Origin: an uncultured Gammaproteobacteria bacterium
GTDB lineage: Bacteria > Pseudomonadota > Gammaproteobacteria > UBA9214
Length of the DNA stretch: 64,000 bases
Reading direction: 5' to 3'
Assembly: GCA_963827755.1 (NCBI GenBank)
Contig: CAWHCQ010000004.1
Location: forward strand, 78,513-142,512
Part shown: piece after piece, positions 47,420 through 56,498 of the stretch
How positions within the stretch are numbered: position 1 is the stretch's first letter
Layout: the number at the start of each line of letters is the position of its first letter
Position numbers and translations under genes: made by a program
The notes under the pieces: model-generated
The model's input: only the letters and a program-made list of their open reading frames with translations
Databases searched by the model: none
What the model was told of the DNA's origin: nothing

Positions 47420-47902
47420 TTGAAACTGACAAGTAAAGGGCGTTACGCCGTAACCGCGATACTCGATCTGGCTTTTCATTCGGGAGCGGGCCCGGTTTCG
47501 CTGTCTGAAATTTCAAAACGTCAGGATATTTCACTGTCCTACCTGGAGCAGCTGTTTACCCGTTTGCGCAAGCAACAGATTGTAAGCAGTACGCGTGGTC
47601 CGGGGGGAGGCTACGTCCTGCAGCGGCCACCCGGGCAGATTGCAGTCGCGGATGTGATTTCAGCCGTTGATGAAATTGTCGCCACGGGATGTGCCAACGA
47701 GGGAGATTGCAGGGATGGCGAACAATGTCTGGCACACGAGTTATGGGTTGAGCTCAGCCAGCAAATTCACGGCTTTCTTGATGGCATCAGCATTCAGGAC
47801 CTGATGGATGAGGGCAGTATCCAGCAGGTTGCCCGGCGCCAGGACGGCGAATCCGGCAACGATCCCGGTGTCCAGGTAACCAGCCCCCCGGGGCGCCGCT
47901 AG
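47420..47902 (+). CDS. iscR: Rrf2-family Fe-S cluster regulator IscR
   Basis: (TTG start) MKLTSKGRYAVTAILDLAFH...ISLSYLEQLFTRLRK with the cluster ligand spacing C-x5-C-x5-C (CANEGDCRDGEQC). Position after trmJ-cysE is conserved synteny. Confidence 0.8.
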   Translation: MKLTSKGRYAVTAILDLAFHSGAGPVSLSEISKRQDISLSYLEQLFTRLRKQQIVSSTRGPGGGYVLQRPPGQIAVADVISAVDEIVATGCANEGDCRDGEQCLAHELWVELSQQIHGFLDGISIQDLMDEGSIQQVARRQDGESGNDPGVQVTSPPGRR

Positions 47903-48071
47903 TCACAGTCAGCACCCGGGCGCCTGGTTCCAGGCTGAAAAACCCGGTTTTCGAGCATTATTTACCCTGTTTGTGATCCACATCACACCCGTCTGTGTAC
48001 CAGTTCACGGCGAATCAGCGGGCACTGCCGATAAGATAATCACCAATGAAACACAAATGCAGGTGATCGAC

Positions 48072-48227
48072 ATGCACAAATGGTTCGTAATTCTGGCAGT
48101 GGTTTTTTTTATGGGTGACCCGAGCCTGGGCTTTCTGGAGTACATTCAGAACGGCAGGGATTACCTGATTGCAATCACGGTTTCCCTTTTTGCCGCTCCC
48201 TGGGTTATTGCACATCTTGATAACTGA
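48072..48227 (+). CDS. Possible 51-aa membrane peptide
   Basis: MHKWFVILAVVFFMGDP...YLIAITVSLFAAPWVIAHLDN has two hydrophobic segments. It sits in a short AT-richer stretch. No homology is known to me. Confidence 0.25.
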   Translation: MHKWFVILAVVFFMGDPSLGFLEYIQNGRDYLIAITVSLFAAPWVIAHLDN

Positions 48228-48277
48228 CCTTGACGGTTGAAGGCACCGACCCCGACATCCGTGTGGTTTCCTCTTTC

Positions 48278-48307
48278 GCCGGCCCTGTTGTCAGTAACAG
48301 GGCCGGC
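48278..48307. terminator. Strong 12-bp hairpin between convergent genes (possible bidirectional terminator)
   Basis: GCCGGCCCTGTT-GTCAGT-AACAGGGCCGGC. There is no clear U-tract on either strand. Confidence 0.4.
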
Positions 48308-48334
48308 ATCTTCATGCAGACACCAGTACCCTGT

Positions 48335-49105
48335 TCATGCGACACAAGACATAGCCGCAACCTGTACGCAAATGCACGGACTTGCGAAGCGCTTGCAATG
48401 TCCGGATCTTAACCCGATGGGACCTCGGTCATCCTGCGGGAGCGGGTATGCCGGTGCTTTCGCGCGGGCCACGCCCGTAGGTGGTAAGGGCCGACGTACC
48501 CATAATTGCACGCTGCATGCTTTCACCCACACCAGCAAACGATTATTGACCGGCATCTCGTGGTCTGCCTTCAGGTGCATACCATTGACGCCGGCAAGCG
48601 CATCGAGGTCCTCGAAATTACGCAGCCCACTCAAGGGATCGCGGTCCTTTAGCCAGTGTTCAAAACGCTCATTACTGGCGCTGGTGAAGTGCCCCTGGTA
48701 GTTAAATGGCCCGTACAGGCAGAAGCTTCCACCACCAGCCAGCAGCCTGCCGATACCGCGGAACATATCCTCGACCGCAGACCAGGCCATGATGTGCGCG
48801 GTATTGGCGCTGAATATTCCGTCGTAAACGGTTTCCGGCCACGGACCCCGGGTGACATCGAGTGACAGCGGTGGCAGCACATTATCCAGGGCGGCCTCAG
48901 CCCGCCATGCACTGATGCTGGCATGGTTGCATGCCATGTCACTTGTTTGCCAGGTCAGGTGGGGGAGTTGACTGGAGAAATAAACGGCATGTTGCCCGGT
49001 GCCGCTGCCGATTTCGAGCACTCGGCGGGAGTCTGCAAACTCATCGCGAATAATGCCGAGGATAGGCGTCCTGTTTTGTTCGCAGGCTTCAGAGTACTGC
49101 TTCAT
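48335..49105 (-). CDS. DUF938 family SAM-dependent methyltransferase-like protein (with an unusual 70-aa C-terminal tail)
   Basis: MKQYSEACEQNRTPILGIIRDEFADSRRVLEIGSGTGQHAVYF...NNRLLVWVK is typical DUF938. Family members I recall end near LLVW.K (about 48545). The low-complexity tail may be read-through or a missed frame break. Confidence 0.7.
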   Translation of the reverse strand: MKQYSEACEQNRTPILGIIRDEFADSRRVLEIGSGTGQHAVYFSSQLPHLTWQTSDMACNHASISAWRAEAALDNVLPPLSLDVTRGPWPETVYDGIFSANTAHIMAWSAVEDMFRGIGRLLAGGGSFCLYGPFNYQGHFTSASNERFEHWLKDRDPLSGLRNFEDLDALAGVNGMHLKADHEMPVNNRLLVWVKACSVQLWVRRPLPPTGVARAKAPAYPLPQDDRGPIGLRSGHCKRFASPCICVQVAAMSCVA

Positions 49106-49143
49106 TGTTCAGGCACCGGGGGAATTTCAGCATGAAAGCGGGC

Positions 49144-49171
49144 CAGGCCGGCCTCATGCGAAGCCGGCCTG
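49144..49171 (-). terminator. Hairpin downstream of the hsp20 gene
   Basis: The minus strand reads CAGGCCGGC-TTCGCATGAG-GCCGGCCTG (9-bp perfect stem). The U-tract is weak. Confidence 0.4.
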
Positions 49172-49187
49172 CCGGTACACAAGGGTG

Positions 49188-49616
49188 TTACCTGACAGTA
49201 ATCTTCCTGGGTTCAGGCTTTTCCTGTTTCGGAATGCCGATTTCAAGCACGCCATCCGTCACAGTTGCACTGATGGCCTCTGCGTTGACAGTATCCGGAA
49301 GGGTGAACTGTCTGACGAAGCTGCCATGGCTGCGTTCCCTGCGGCGATAGGTTTCAGCGTTTTCCCCGCTATCGATGGTGCGTTCGCCCTTCACGGTCAG
49401 GACACTGTCTTCGAGCGAGATGTCGATATTCTCGCGCGCAACGCCCGGGATATCCGCTGCCAGGACATAGCGGTTTTCCTCCTCGCGTATATCCACGGCG
49501 GGAGTCCAGTCATGTGCCTGGTTTGCCGCCTCGGCACGGGTGTTGGAAAAGTACCGGTTCAGTTCGTTATCAAACTGCTGAAACAGGTTAGCGGGTTTGT
49601 AATGGACTAAAGACAT
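49188..49616 (-). CDS. Hsp20/alpha-crystallin small heat-shock protein (IbpA-like)
   Basis: Internal ATG at 49616, preceded by AAGGAGG, gives MSLVHYKPANLFQQFDNELNRYF...WTPAVDIREEENRYVLAADIPG...GVLEIGIPK. Confidence 0.9.
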   Translation of the reverse strand: MSLVHYKPANLFQQFDNELNRYFSNTRAEAANQAHDWTPAVDIREEENRYVLAADIPGVARENIDISLEDSVLTVKGERTIDSGENAETYRRRERSHGSFVRQFTLPDTVNAEAISATVTDGVLEIGIPKQEKPEPRKITVR

Positions 49617-49664
49617 GATGCTGCCTCCTTGAATAAATTGATTGTCACCATTGACATAGTCTCT

Positions 49665-49692
49665 AGATAGGGGCGTCGCAGGATATTTCAAG
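49665..49692 (-). promoter_or_regulatory. Candidate sigma-32 (RpoH) promoter for hsp20
   Basis: The minus strand reads CTTGAAA (49692-49686), a 12-nt spacer, then CCCCTATCT (49673-49665). Compare consensus CTTGAA-N13-14-CCCCATNT. It lies about 50 nt upstream of the ATG. Confidence 0.5.
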
Positions 49693-49902
49693 TGGGGGCA
49701 GGTATCTTTTTATCGCCCGAATGCCACGGTGTTGATCTCCGGCTGCAAAAAGGCCATCAATGACGGGTGAGGCGGCGGTTGTGGCCCGGGTTATCGAATA
49801 TATAAAGTACGCGGAGGGGCTTGCGGGCTCCTGGAGGTGGCCACACATCCCGCGGCCTGGATCACCGGCACCTGTCGGCTTGTGCGCCGTGCGGTTCCCG
49901 TT

Positions 49903-50313
49903 TCAAGAGGGCCGCTTTTCAAGGACTGATTGCAGATACGCCTGCAGTCCCTTGCGGGTGGTCTTGTCCATGTGGATGAATTTTACACCCACGTGAAAAT
50001 CGTCCTGGGCAAGGCGTACAAAGTGTACCAGGCTTGCGTTACATTTCACCGCGAGCGCTGCGAGGTCCGGTCGCGGCAACTCGAAATGTATTTCGACCAT
50101 AACACCCGTTACATGGTCGGGTGTTCTCATGTCTTCAGGGAGGATGTCATAAATCATATGACGGCCACAGGAGAATTTCAGCCCGTCCTCGGACAAGTCG
50201 CGTATGTAAGCAGTTGAAAGTTCACCACCCGGAAGACCCACGACGCAGTGAATCCCGGTTTCAATGCGGGGGTATTTTCTTTCAATCCACAGGTGTTGTT
50301 TATATGTTTTCAT
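49903..50313 (-). CDS. PilZ-domain protein
   Basis: 136 aa. RKYPR (RxxxR) followed about 25 aa later by RDLSEDGL (DxSxxG). Confidence 0.75.
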   Translation of the reverse strand: MKTYKQHLWIERKYPRIETGIHCVVGLPGGELSTAYIRDLSEDGLKFSCGRHMIYDILPEDMRTPDHVTGVMVEIHFELPRPDLAALAVKCNASLVHFVRLAQDDFHVGVKFIHMDKTTRKGLQAYLQSVLEKRPS

Positions 50314-50592
50314 GCCTTATATGTAACGCTGCATGCCAGGCAGAATGGCGCGCATCACTCATCAGAAAAGCTGTATATTCCGTCCGGGAAAAGAGGAATT
50401 ATGCCCTGGCATTATCTCTTTAGTCGTTCATGCATGCAATTATGCCATTGCCCTGGCTGAGATTTTTAGCGGCCCGTCCCCGGCCGGTGATGAAGACGCG
50501 TTCAGGTTGGCCGGGATAGTATGTCACCATGGCTATCATGCAGGCAGGTAAAAAATGGCCGGGCAAGCGGCCAGGGCGCTGGAAGCCTGCAA

Positions 50593-50611
50593 ATGAAACT
50601 AATCGTTTCAT
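50593..50611. promoter_or_regulatory. Inverted repeat ATGAAAC-TAATC-GTTTCAT upstream of the efflux operon (candidate operator)
   Basis: 7-bp perfect arms, 38 nt upstream of the OMF start. No cognate regulator gene is adjacent. Confidence 0.2.
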
Positions 50612-50648
50612 GCAGGTTCATAAGAAAGAATCGAGTGGAATCAGAAGA

Positions 50649-52055
50649 ATGGTGAGAACATATTTTCCCGTTGTGTCCCGTTGCGCCGGCCTGTGCCTGG
50701 TGTTGTTGCTGACGGCATGCGCGACAGCGAATCAGCGCATCGCGATTGAAACCCCTTTGCCCGGGGCATTTTCCAGGTCAGGAGAATTACCACTGGCGGA
50801 TAACTGGTGGGAACTGTTTGCCGACGACGACCTGAACACCCTTATGGACACCGCGCTGCGTGACAATCTTTCCCTGCGCGCCACCTGGGACCGCCTTGCC
50901 CAGGCCGATGCCATCGCCCGCCGTGACGGGGCAGCGCGCCTGCCCGCCGTCGACCTGGACGGCTCGGCAGAGCAGGTGCGAGGTGAAGATATCGCCACCA
51001 CCAGGGACTATGCAACAGGCGTGGCGGCCTCCTATGAAGTGGATCTCTGGGGCCGGGTACGCTCGACCGCTCAGGCTGCGCAGCTTGATGCCCGGGCTGT
51101 TGCGGCGGCGCTGGACACCGCTGCCATTTCCCTGTCCGCCGAGGTGGCCGGCAGCTGGTACCAGCTGGTGGAACAGCGCGGACAGCTCGCGTTGCTGGCG
51201 CAACAGGCCGCCTATAATGAACGGGTGGAGGAACTTGTTACCCTGCGTTTTCGCATGGGGCAGGCGCAGGCCGCAGATGTGCTGCGCCAGCGTCAACTGG
51301 TGGAGCAGACGCTCGGTGACAGCGAAGACGTGCGCGCACAAATCATGGTGCTGGAACATCAGCTGGCGGTGTTGCTGGGCAAGGCGCCCGGCAGCATGAT
51401 CTTCTCCGCCCGTGAGACACTGGATGCCTTGCCGGTCTTGCCGAATACAGGGCTGCCGCTTGAATTGATTGAACGCCGCCCGGACATTCGCGAGGCCTTC
51501 TACCGGGTATATGCAGCTGATGCGCGCCTGGCAGCCGCCATTGCGGATCGCTATCCGCGCATTGATTTAACAGCCGGCATCAACTCCATGGCGACGACCC
51601 CGGGCGACCTGTTCTCCACCTGGCTTGCCAGCCTGGCCGCCCGGTTTGCTGTTCCGCTGTTCGATGCCGGTCGCCGGGTGGCGGAAGTGGACCGCAACCG
51701 TGCCGCTGTATCGGAGCAGCTGAATGCCTACGAGAATACCGTGCTGCTGGCCTTGCAGGACGTCGAAGATGCACTGGCGCAGGAGACCGGGCAGCATAAA
51801 TTAATCGCGAGCCTGGAACGCCGCCTGCAGCTGGCGGATGAAGTGATCCTGCGCCTGCGCGATCGTTACATCCAGGGCGCCACGGATTATCTCGATATCC
51901 TCGACACCCTGGTCAACCAGCAGGACCTGGCGCGTCGCCTGTTGACCGCGCGGCGCGAGTTGCTGGATTTTCGTATCAACCTGGCACGCGCCCTGGCGGG
52001 TGGCTGGGATTTGCAACGCCCGCAACCGCGGCGGCTGGTGGAGGCGGGTGTCTGA
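50649..52055 (+). CDS. Efflux outer-membrane factor lipoprotein, NodT family
   Basis: Internal ATG at 50649 gives MVRTYFPVVSRCAGLCLVLLLTAC (lipobox). WWELFADDDLNTLMDTAL and the duplicated OEP repeats are typical. Confidence 0.85.
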   Translation: MVRTYFPVVSRCAGLCLVLLLTACATANQRIAIETPLPGAFSRSGELPLADNWWELFADDDLNTLMDTALRDNLSLRATWDRLAQADAIARRDGAARLPAVDLDGSAEQVRGEDIATTRDYATGVAASYEVDLWGRVRSTAQAAQLDARAVAAALDTAAISLSAEVAGSWYQLVEQRGQLALLAQQAAYNERVEELVTLRFRMGQAQAADVLRQRQLVEQTLGDSEDVRAQIMVLEHQLAVLLGKAPGSMIFSARETLDALPVLPNTGLPLELIERRPDIREAFYRVYAADARLAAAIADRYPRIDLTAGINSMATTPGDLFSTWLASLAARFAVPLFDAGRRVAEVDRNRAAVSEQLNAYENTVLLALQDVEDALAQETGQHKLIASLERRLQLADEVILRLRDRYIQGATDYLDILDTLVNQQDLARRLLTARRELLDFRINLARALAGGWDLQRPQPRRLVEAGV

Positions 52056-52056
52056 C

Positions 52057-53316
52057 ATGAGAACAGAACATGACAATGTGCTGCTGCGCGTTATGCGCAC
52101 AGGCTCAGGTTTCCTGCTGCCCGTCGGCGTGCTGTTGCTGGCCATCATCCTTTTTATGGTCATGATGAAAAGCGCGCCCCGTGCCGAACGTACCCCCCGG
52201 CCGCAACTGGCGCGACTGGTTGAAACCGTCACCGTCAGTTACGGCGATCAACAGGTCTCGATTCCGGCAATGGGAACCGTGCAGCCTGCGCAGCAGGTGA
52301 CCCTGCGGCCACAGGTGGATGGCGAGGTGGTGGAAATCAGCCCGCAGCTGGTACCTGGCGGATACTTTGAGGCGGGTAAGCGCCTGCTGCGCATCGATGC
52401 GGCTGACTACAGGCTTGCCGTGCAGCAGCGCGAAAGCGACCTGGCCAGGGCCAGGGCCGAACTGGCAATCGAACAGGGTAACCAGACCATCGCCCGGCGT
52501 GAAAACGAGATCCTGGGTGAGGTGCTCACCGACCAGGAAAGCAGCCTGGTACTGCGTCAACCACAACTTGCCATGGCCCGGGCGTCGGTGGCGGCGGCGA
52601 AAGCGGCCCTGGACGACGCGCACCTTGCGCTCTCGCGCACAATCATCATGGCACCCTTCGATGCCCTGGTGATGTCGGAATCAGTCGACCTTGGCACACG
52701 GCTCACCAGCCAGAGTGAAATTGCGACCCTGGTGGGTACCGATGTGTACCGGGTGGAGCTGTCCGTTCCCGGCAGCCAGTTGAAATGGATCACGCTGCCG
52801 GGCATCGATAATGGCGAGGGTGCCGCGGTGACGCTCTACCAGGATGCCGTCTGGGGCCCCGGCCAGTATCGCAGCGGCCGCGTTATTCGCCTGCTGGGTG
52901 AGGTGGGTGATGCGGGACGCATGGCACGGGTGCTGGTGGCAGTTGACGACCCGCTGGCCATTCGAGCGGAAAATGCCGGCGCGCCGCGACTGTTGATCGG
53001 TGCCTATCTGCGCGCGGAGATTACAGGGCGAACCCTGCCCGGGGCGCTGGCGCTGGAACGTGAATGGCTGCGCGACGGTGATCGTGTGTGGATCATGAAC
53101 GCTGATGATCAGCTTGAAATACGTGACGTCGAAATTGCCTATCGCAGCGGCGACGCGGTGTTCGTTACCGGGGGAGTGGCCGACGGCGAGCGCATCGTGC
53201 GCACTAAAATTGCCGCTGTCGCGGCGGGCATGCCCTTGCGCGTGGACGCCGGCATGGATGCGAGTATGGCAAAACCGGGAAATCCCGGCACGCGTGGGGC
53301 CGCTGCGAATGACTGA
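52057..53316 (+). CDS. Efflux RND periplasmic adaptor (membrane fusion protein)
   Basis: ATG at 52057 gives MRTEHDNVLLRVMRTGSGFLLPVGVLLLAIILF (TM anchor). Coiled-coil hairpin DYRLAVQQRESDLARARAELAIEQG and the lipoyl/beta-barrel pattern. Confidence 0.85.
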   Translation: MRTEHDNVLLRVMRTGSGFLLPVGVLLLAIILFMVMMKSAPRAERTPRPQLARLVETVTVSYGDQQVSIPAMGTVQPAQQVTLRPQVDGEVVEISPQLVPGGYFEAGKRLLRIDAADYRLAVQQRESDLARARAELAIEQGNQTIARRENEILGEVLTDQESSLVLRQPQLAMARASVAAAKAALDDAHLALSRTIIMAPFDALVMSESVDLGTRLTSQSEIATLVGTDVYRVELSVPGSQLKWITLPGIDNGEGAAVTLYQDAVWGPGQYRSGRVIRLLGEVGDAGRMARVLVAVDDPLAIRAENAGAPRLLIGAYLRAEITGRTLPGALALEREWLRDGDRVWIMNADDQLEIRDVEIAYRSGDAVFVTGGVADGERIVRTKIAAVAAGMPLRVDAGMDASMAKPGNPGTRGAAAND

Positions 53317-56300
53317 GCGGATTGACAGGCAGCACGGCCCCCTGGCCTGGATGACCCATCACCGGGTGGCGCCCAACCTGCTCATGCTCGTCCTGATTAT
53401 CGGTGGACTCTTCATGAGTACCAAGATCAAGCAGGAAGTCTTCCCCGAATTTGAACTGGATTCCGTCACCATTCGCGTTGCCTTGCCGGGCGCGAGTCCG
53501 CAAGAGGTGGAGGAGGGCGTCATCCTCGCTATCGAGGAAGAGCTGCGCGATCTGGACGGGATCGAGGAGATGCAGGCTACCGCGGCGGAGGGCAGTGCAT
53601 CCATCGTGATTGAGCTCGAGGCCGGCGCTGACCATGGCAAGCTCTACCAGGATATCCAGCAGGCCGTGGACCGCGTGGATACCTTCCCGGACGATGCAGA
53701 GGAACCCCGTATCAGCATGGACACCCGGCGTCGCAGTGTGCTCGATCTGCAACTCTACGGCGAGGTAGACGAATGGAACCTGCGCCAGGCCGCCGAACAG
53801 GTGCGCGACCGGCTGTTGCAGCAGTCGGGAATTACCCAGGTGGAACTGGAAGGCGTGCGCGACCTGGAAATTCACCTGGAGATTCCCCAGGCACGCTTGC
53901 GTGAATACGGGCTGACCCTCGAAGATGTGGCTCGCACCGTGGAACAGGCCGCCCTCGACCGTTCCGGCGGCTCCGTGGAAACCCGCGCAGGCGAAATCCT
54001 GTTGCGGGTGCAGGAGCGCCGCGAATGGGCTGATGAATTCAGCGGGATTCCCGTCATCGTCGATGCCAAAGGTGCGGTAGTGCGGCTCGGGGACCTGGCC
54101 AGCATCAAGGAGGGGTTCGCACAGAGCGACACCTTCGCCACGTACAATGGCCAACGCGCCGTCGGTATCAGGGTGTACCGCGTCGGCGACCAGACGCCGG
54201 CCAGTGTTTCCGGGGCGACGCGCGAGGCCCTGCCCGGAATCATGGCGGAATTGCCGCCGGCGATTACCGCGGTCATCGAGGACGACGACTCGGAAATCTA
54301 CCAGCAACGCGTACAGTTGTTACTTAAAAACGGCTTCATCGGCCTGGTGCTGGTGCTGGCGCTGCTCAGTGTGTTTCTCGAATTCAAACTTGCCTTCTGG
54401 GTGACGGTGGGCATTCCCACGGCCTTCCTGGGTACCCTGTTGTTCCTGCCGGTTCTGGGCGCCTCCCTCAACATGGTGTCGCTGTTTGCGTTTATTCTTG
54501 CGCTGGGCATCGTGGTGGACGATGCCATTGTCGCGGGCGAGAACATTTATGAATACCGCCAGCGCGGCATGGGCAATCTGCAGGCCGCTATCCGCGGTGC
54601 CCATGACATCGCCGTGCCCATCTCGTTTTCCATCCTCACCAACATGGTTGCTTTCCTGCCGTTGATGCTGGTGCCCGGCGGCTTCGGCAAAATCTGGGCG
54701 GTCATACCGGTGGTCGTTATGACGGCCTTTGCGATTTCATGGGTCGAGGCGCTGTTTATCCTGCCTGCGCACCTGGGGCATGTGCGCAGTCAGTCCAAGA
54801 GCAAGCTGGGGGCACGCTTGCACGCCAGGCAACAGTCCTTCTCACTCGGGTTCCGCCACTTCATCGTGGATGTGTACGGGCCGGTACTGGATGCCGCGAT
54901 CCGTTACCGCTACCTGACCGTGGCATTGATGGTCGCCGTGCTGCTGCTGGTGCTTGCGCTGCCCTTGAGCGGGCGGATGGGCTTCATTCTCATGCCAAAG
55001 GTGGAGAGCGATTATGCCCTGGCAACGGCTACCCTGCCGGTCGGCAGCCCACCCCGGGATGCCCGCATTGTGCGTGATCGCCTGGTGAGTGCGGCGAGTG
55101 CTGTGATTGACGCCAACGGCGGCGAACAACTCGGTGCGGGAATTTATGCGCTGGTGCGCGAGAACAGTGTTGAGGTGCGCGCCTATCTGCAGCCGGCCGG
55201 CCAGCGGCCGCTCTCGACGCAGCAGGTAACCGGCCTGTGGCGCAAACAGAGCGGAGAAATCCCCGGGCTGGAAAAATTGCGCTTCGCGTCTGACTCGGGC
55301 GGTCCCGGCAGAGGTGCTTCGGTGAGCATCGAGCTCAGCCATCACGACATTAACGCGCTGGAGAACGCCGCCGGTGCGCTGGCCGCCGGGCTGGAAGAAT
55401 TCAGCAGCGCCAAGGATGTGGATAACGGTTTTGCACCCGGCAAGGTGCAGCTCGACTTCCATCCCACGACCGAGGCACGCAGCCTGGGACTCAGTTCCGC
55501 GGAAATCGCCCGACAGGTGCGTGCCGCCTTCTACGGTGCCGAGGCCCTGAAGCAACAACGCGGTCGTAACGAGGTAACTGTCAAAGCGCGACTGCCCGGG
55601 CAGGAACGCCGCAGCGAGGCCAACGTTGAAAACCTGATCCTGATGCTCCCCGGCGGCGGCGAGGTACCCCTGTACGAGGTCGCCAGCGTCGAGCGTGGCC
55701 GCGCCTATACAGAGATCAACCGCCGTGACGCACGCCGCACCGTGACCGTCACCGCCAACGTGGAACCCATCAGCGACACCAGCCGGATACTCGCCAGCGT
55801 GCAGTCCGAACTCCTGCCCCGTCTGGTCGCCGACTATCCGGGCATCAGCTATTCCTTCGAGGGCCGCCAGGCCCACATGCGCGATGCAATGCAGAGTTTT
55901 TTCTCCTCGGTGACCATCTCGCTGATCATCATCTACTTCCTGCTGGCGATTCCGTTTCGCAGCTATATCCAGCCGCTGATCATTATGATGGCGATACCCT
56001 TCGGGGTGGTGGGGGCGATCCTCGGCCACCTGCTGATGGGTTACAGCCTGTCGATCATTTCCATCATGGGCATCATTGCGCTCGGCGGGGTGCTGATCAA
56101 CGACTCGCTGGTGATGATCCACTACGCCAACAAGCAGCGGCTGGAAGGCCTGGATGCCTTTCATGCCATTCACCAGGCCGGCATCCGCCGCTTCCGCCCC
56201 ATCCTGTTGACGACACTGACGACCTTCGGCGGCCTTGCACCGATGATCTTCGAGACCTCGCGACAGGCGCGATTCCTGATCCCCATGGCACTTTCCCTGG

Positions 56301-56440
56301 GCTACGGCATTCTCTTCGGCACCGCCATCATCCTGCTGCTGACACCCTGTCTTTACATGGTTATCGAGGATATCAAGCAGCTGGCCGGATTCGCCGCGGA
56401 ACCGGCAGCGGGCGATGTGGCCACCGGGGCGGTGGATTAG
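53309..56440 (+). CDS. Efflux RND transporter permease (AcrB/AcrD/AcrF superfamily)
   Basis: ATG at 53309 (ATGACTGA overlap with the adaptor stop) gives MTERIDRQHGPLAWMTHHRVAPNLLMLVLIIGGLFM. About 1043 aa with a 12-TM pattern and two large periplasmic loops. Confidence 0.9.
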   Translation: MTERIDRQHGPLAWMTHHRVAPNLLMLVLIIGGLFMSTKIKQEVFPEFELDSVTIRVALPGASPQEVEEGVILAIEEELRDLDGIEEMQATAAEGSASIVIELEAGADHGKLYQDIQQAVDRVDTFPDDAEEPRISMDTRRRSVLDLQLYGEVDEWNLRQAAEQVRDRLLQQSGITQVELEGVRDLEIHLEIPQARLREYGLTLEDVARTVEQAALDRSGGSVETRAGEILLRVQERREWADEFSGIPVIVDAKGAVVRLGDLASIKEGFAQSDTFATYNGQRAVGIRVYRVGDQTPASVSGATREALPGIMAELPPAITAVIEDDDSEIYQQRVQLLLKNGFIGLVLVLALLSVFLEFKLAFWVTVGIPTAFLGTLLFLPVLGASLNMVSLFAFILALGIVVDDAIVAGENIYEYRQRGMGNLQAAIRGAHDIAVPISFSILTNMVAFLPLMLVPGGFGKIWAVIPVVVMTAFAISWVEALFILPAHLGHVRSQSKSKLGARLHARQQSFSLGFRHFIVDVYGPVLDAAIRYRYLTVALMVAVLLLVLALPLSGRMGFILMPKVESDYALATATLPVGSPPRDARIVRDRLVSAASAVIDANGGEQLGAGIYALVRENSVEVRAYLQPAGQRPLSTQQVTGLWRKQSGEIPGLEKLRFASDSGGPGRGASVSIELSHHDINALENAAGALAAGLEEFSSAKDVDNGFAPGKVQLDFHPTTEARSLGLSSAEIARQVRAAFYGAEALKQQRGRNEVTVKARLPGQERRSEANVENLILMLPGGGEVPLYEVASVERGRAYTEINRRDARRTVTVTANVEPISDTSRILASVQSELLPRLVADYPGISYSFEGRQAHMRDAMQSFFSSVTISLIIIYFLLAIPFRSYIQPLIIMMAIPFGVVGAILGHLLMGYSLSIISIMGIIALGGVLINDSLVMIHYANKQRLEGLDAFHAIHQAGIRRFRPILLTTLTTFGGLAPMIFETSRQARFLIPMALSLGYGILFGTAIILLLTPCLYMVIEDIKQLAGFAAEPAAGDVATGAVD

Positions 56441-56498
56441 GAAACTGCCTTTATGGAGGCGGGGTGAACCGAAACGGTGTGTACCGGACCCGGGTGGC

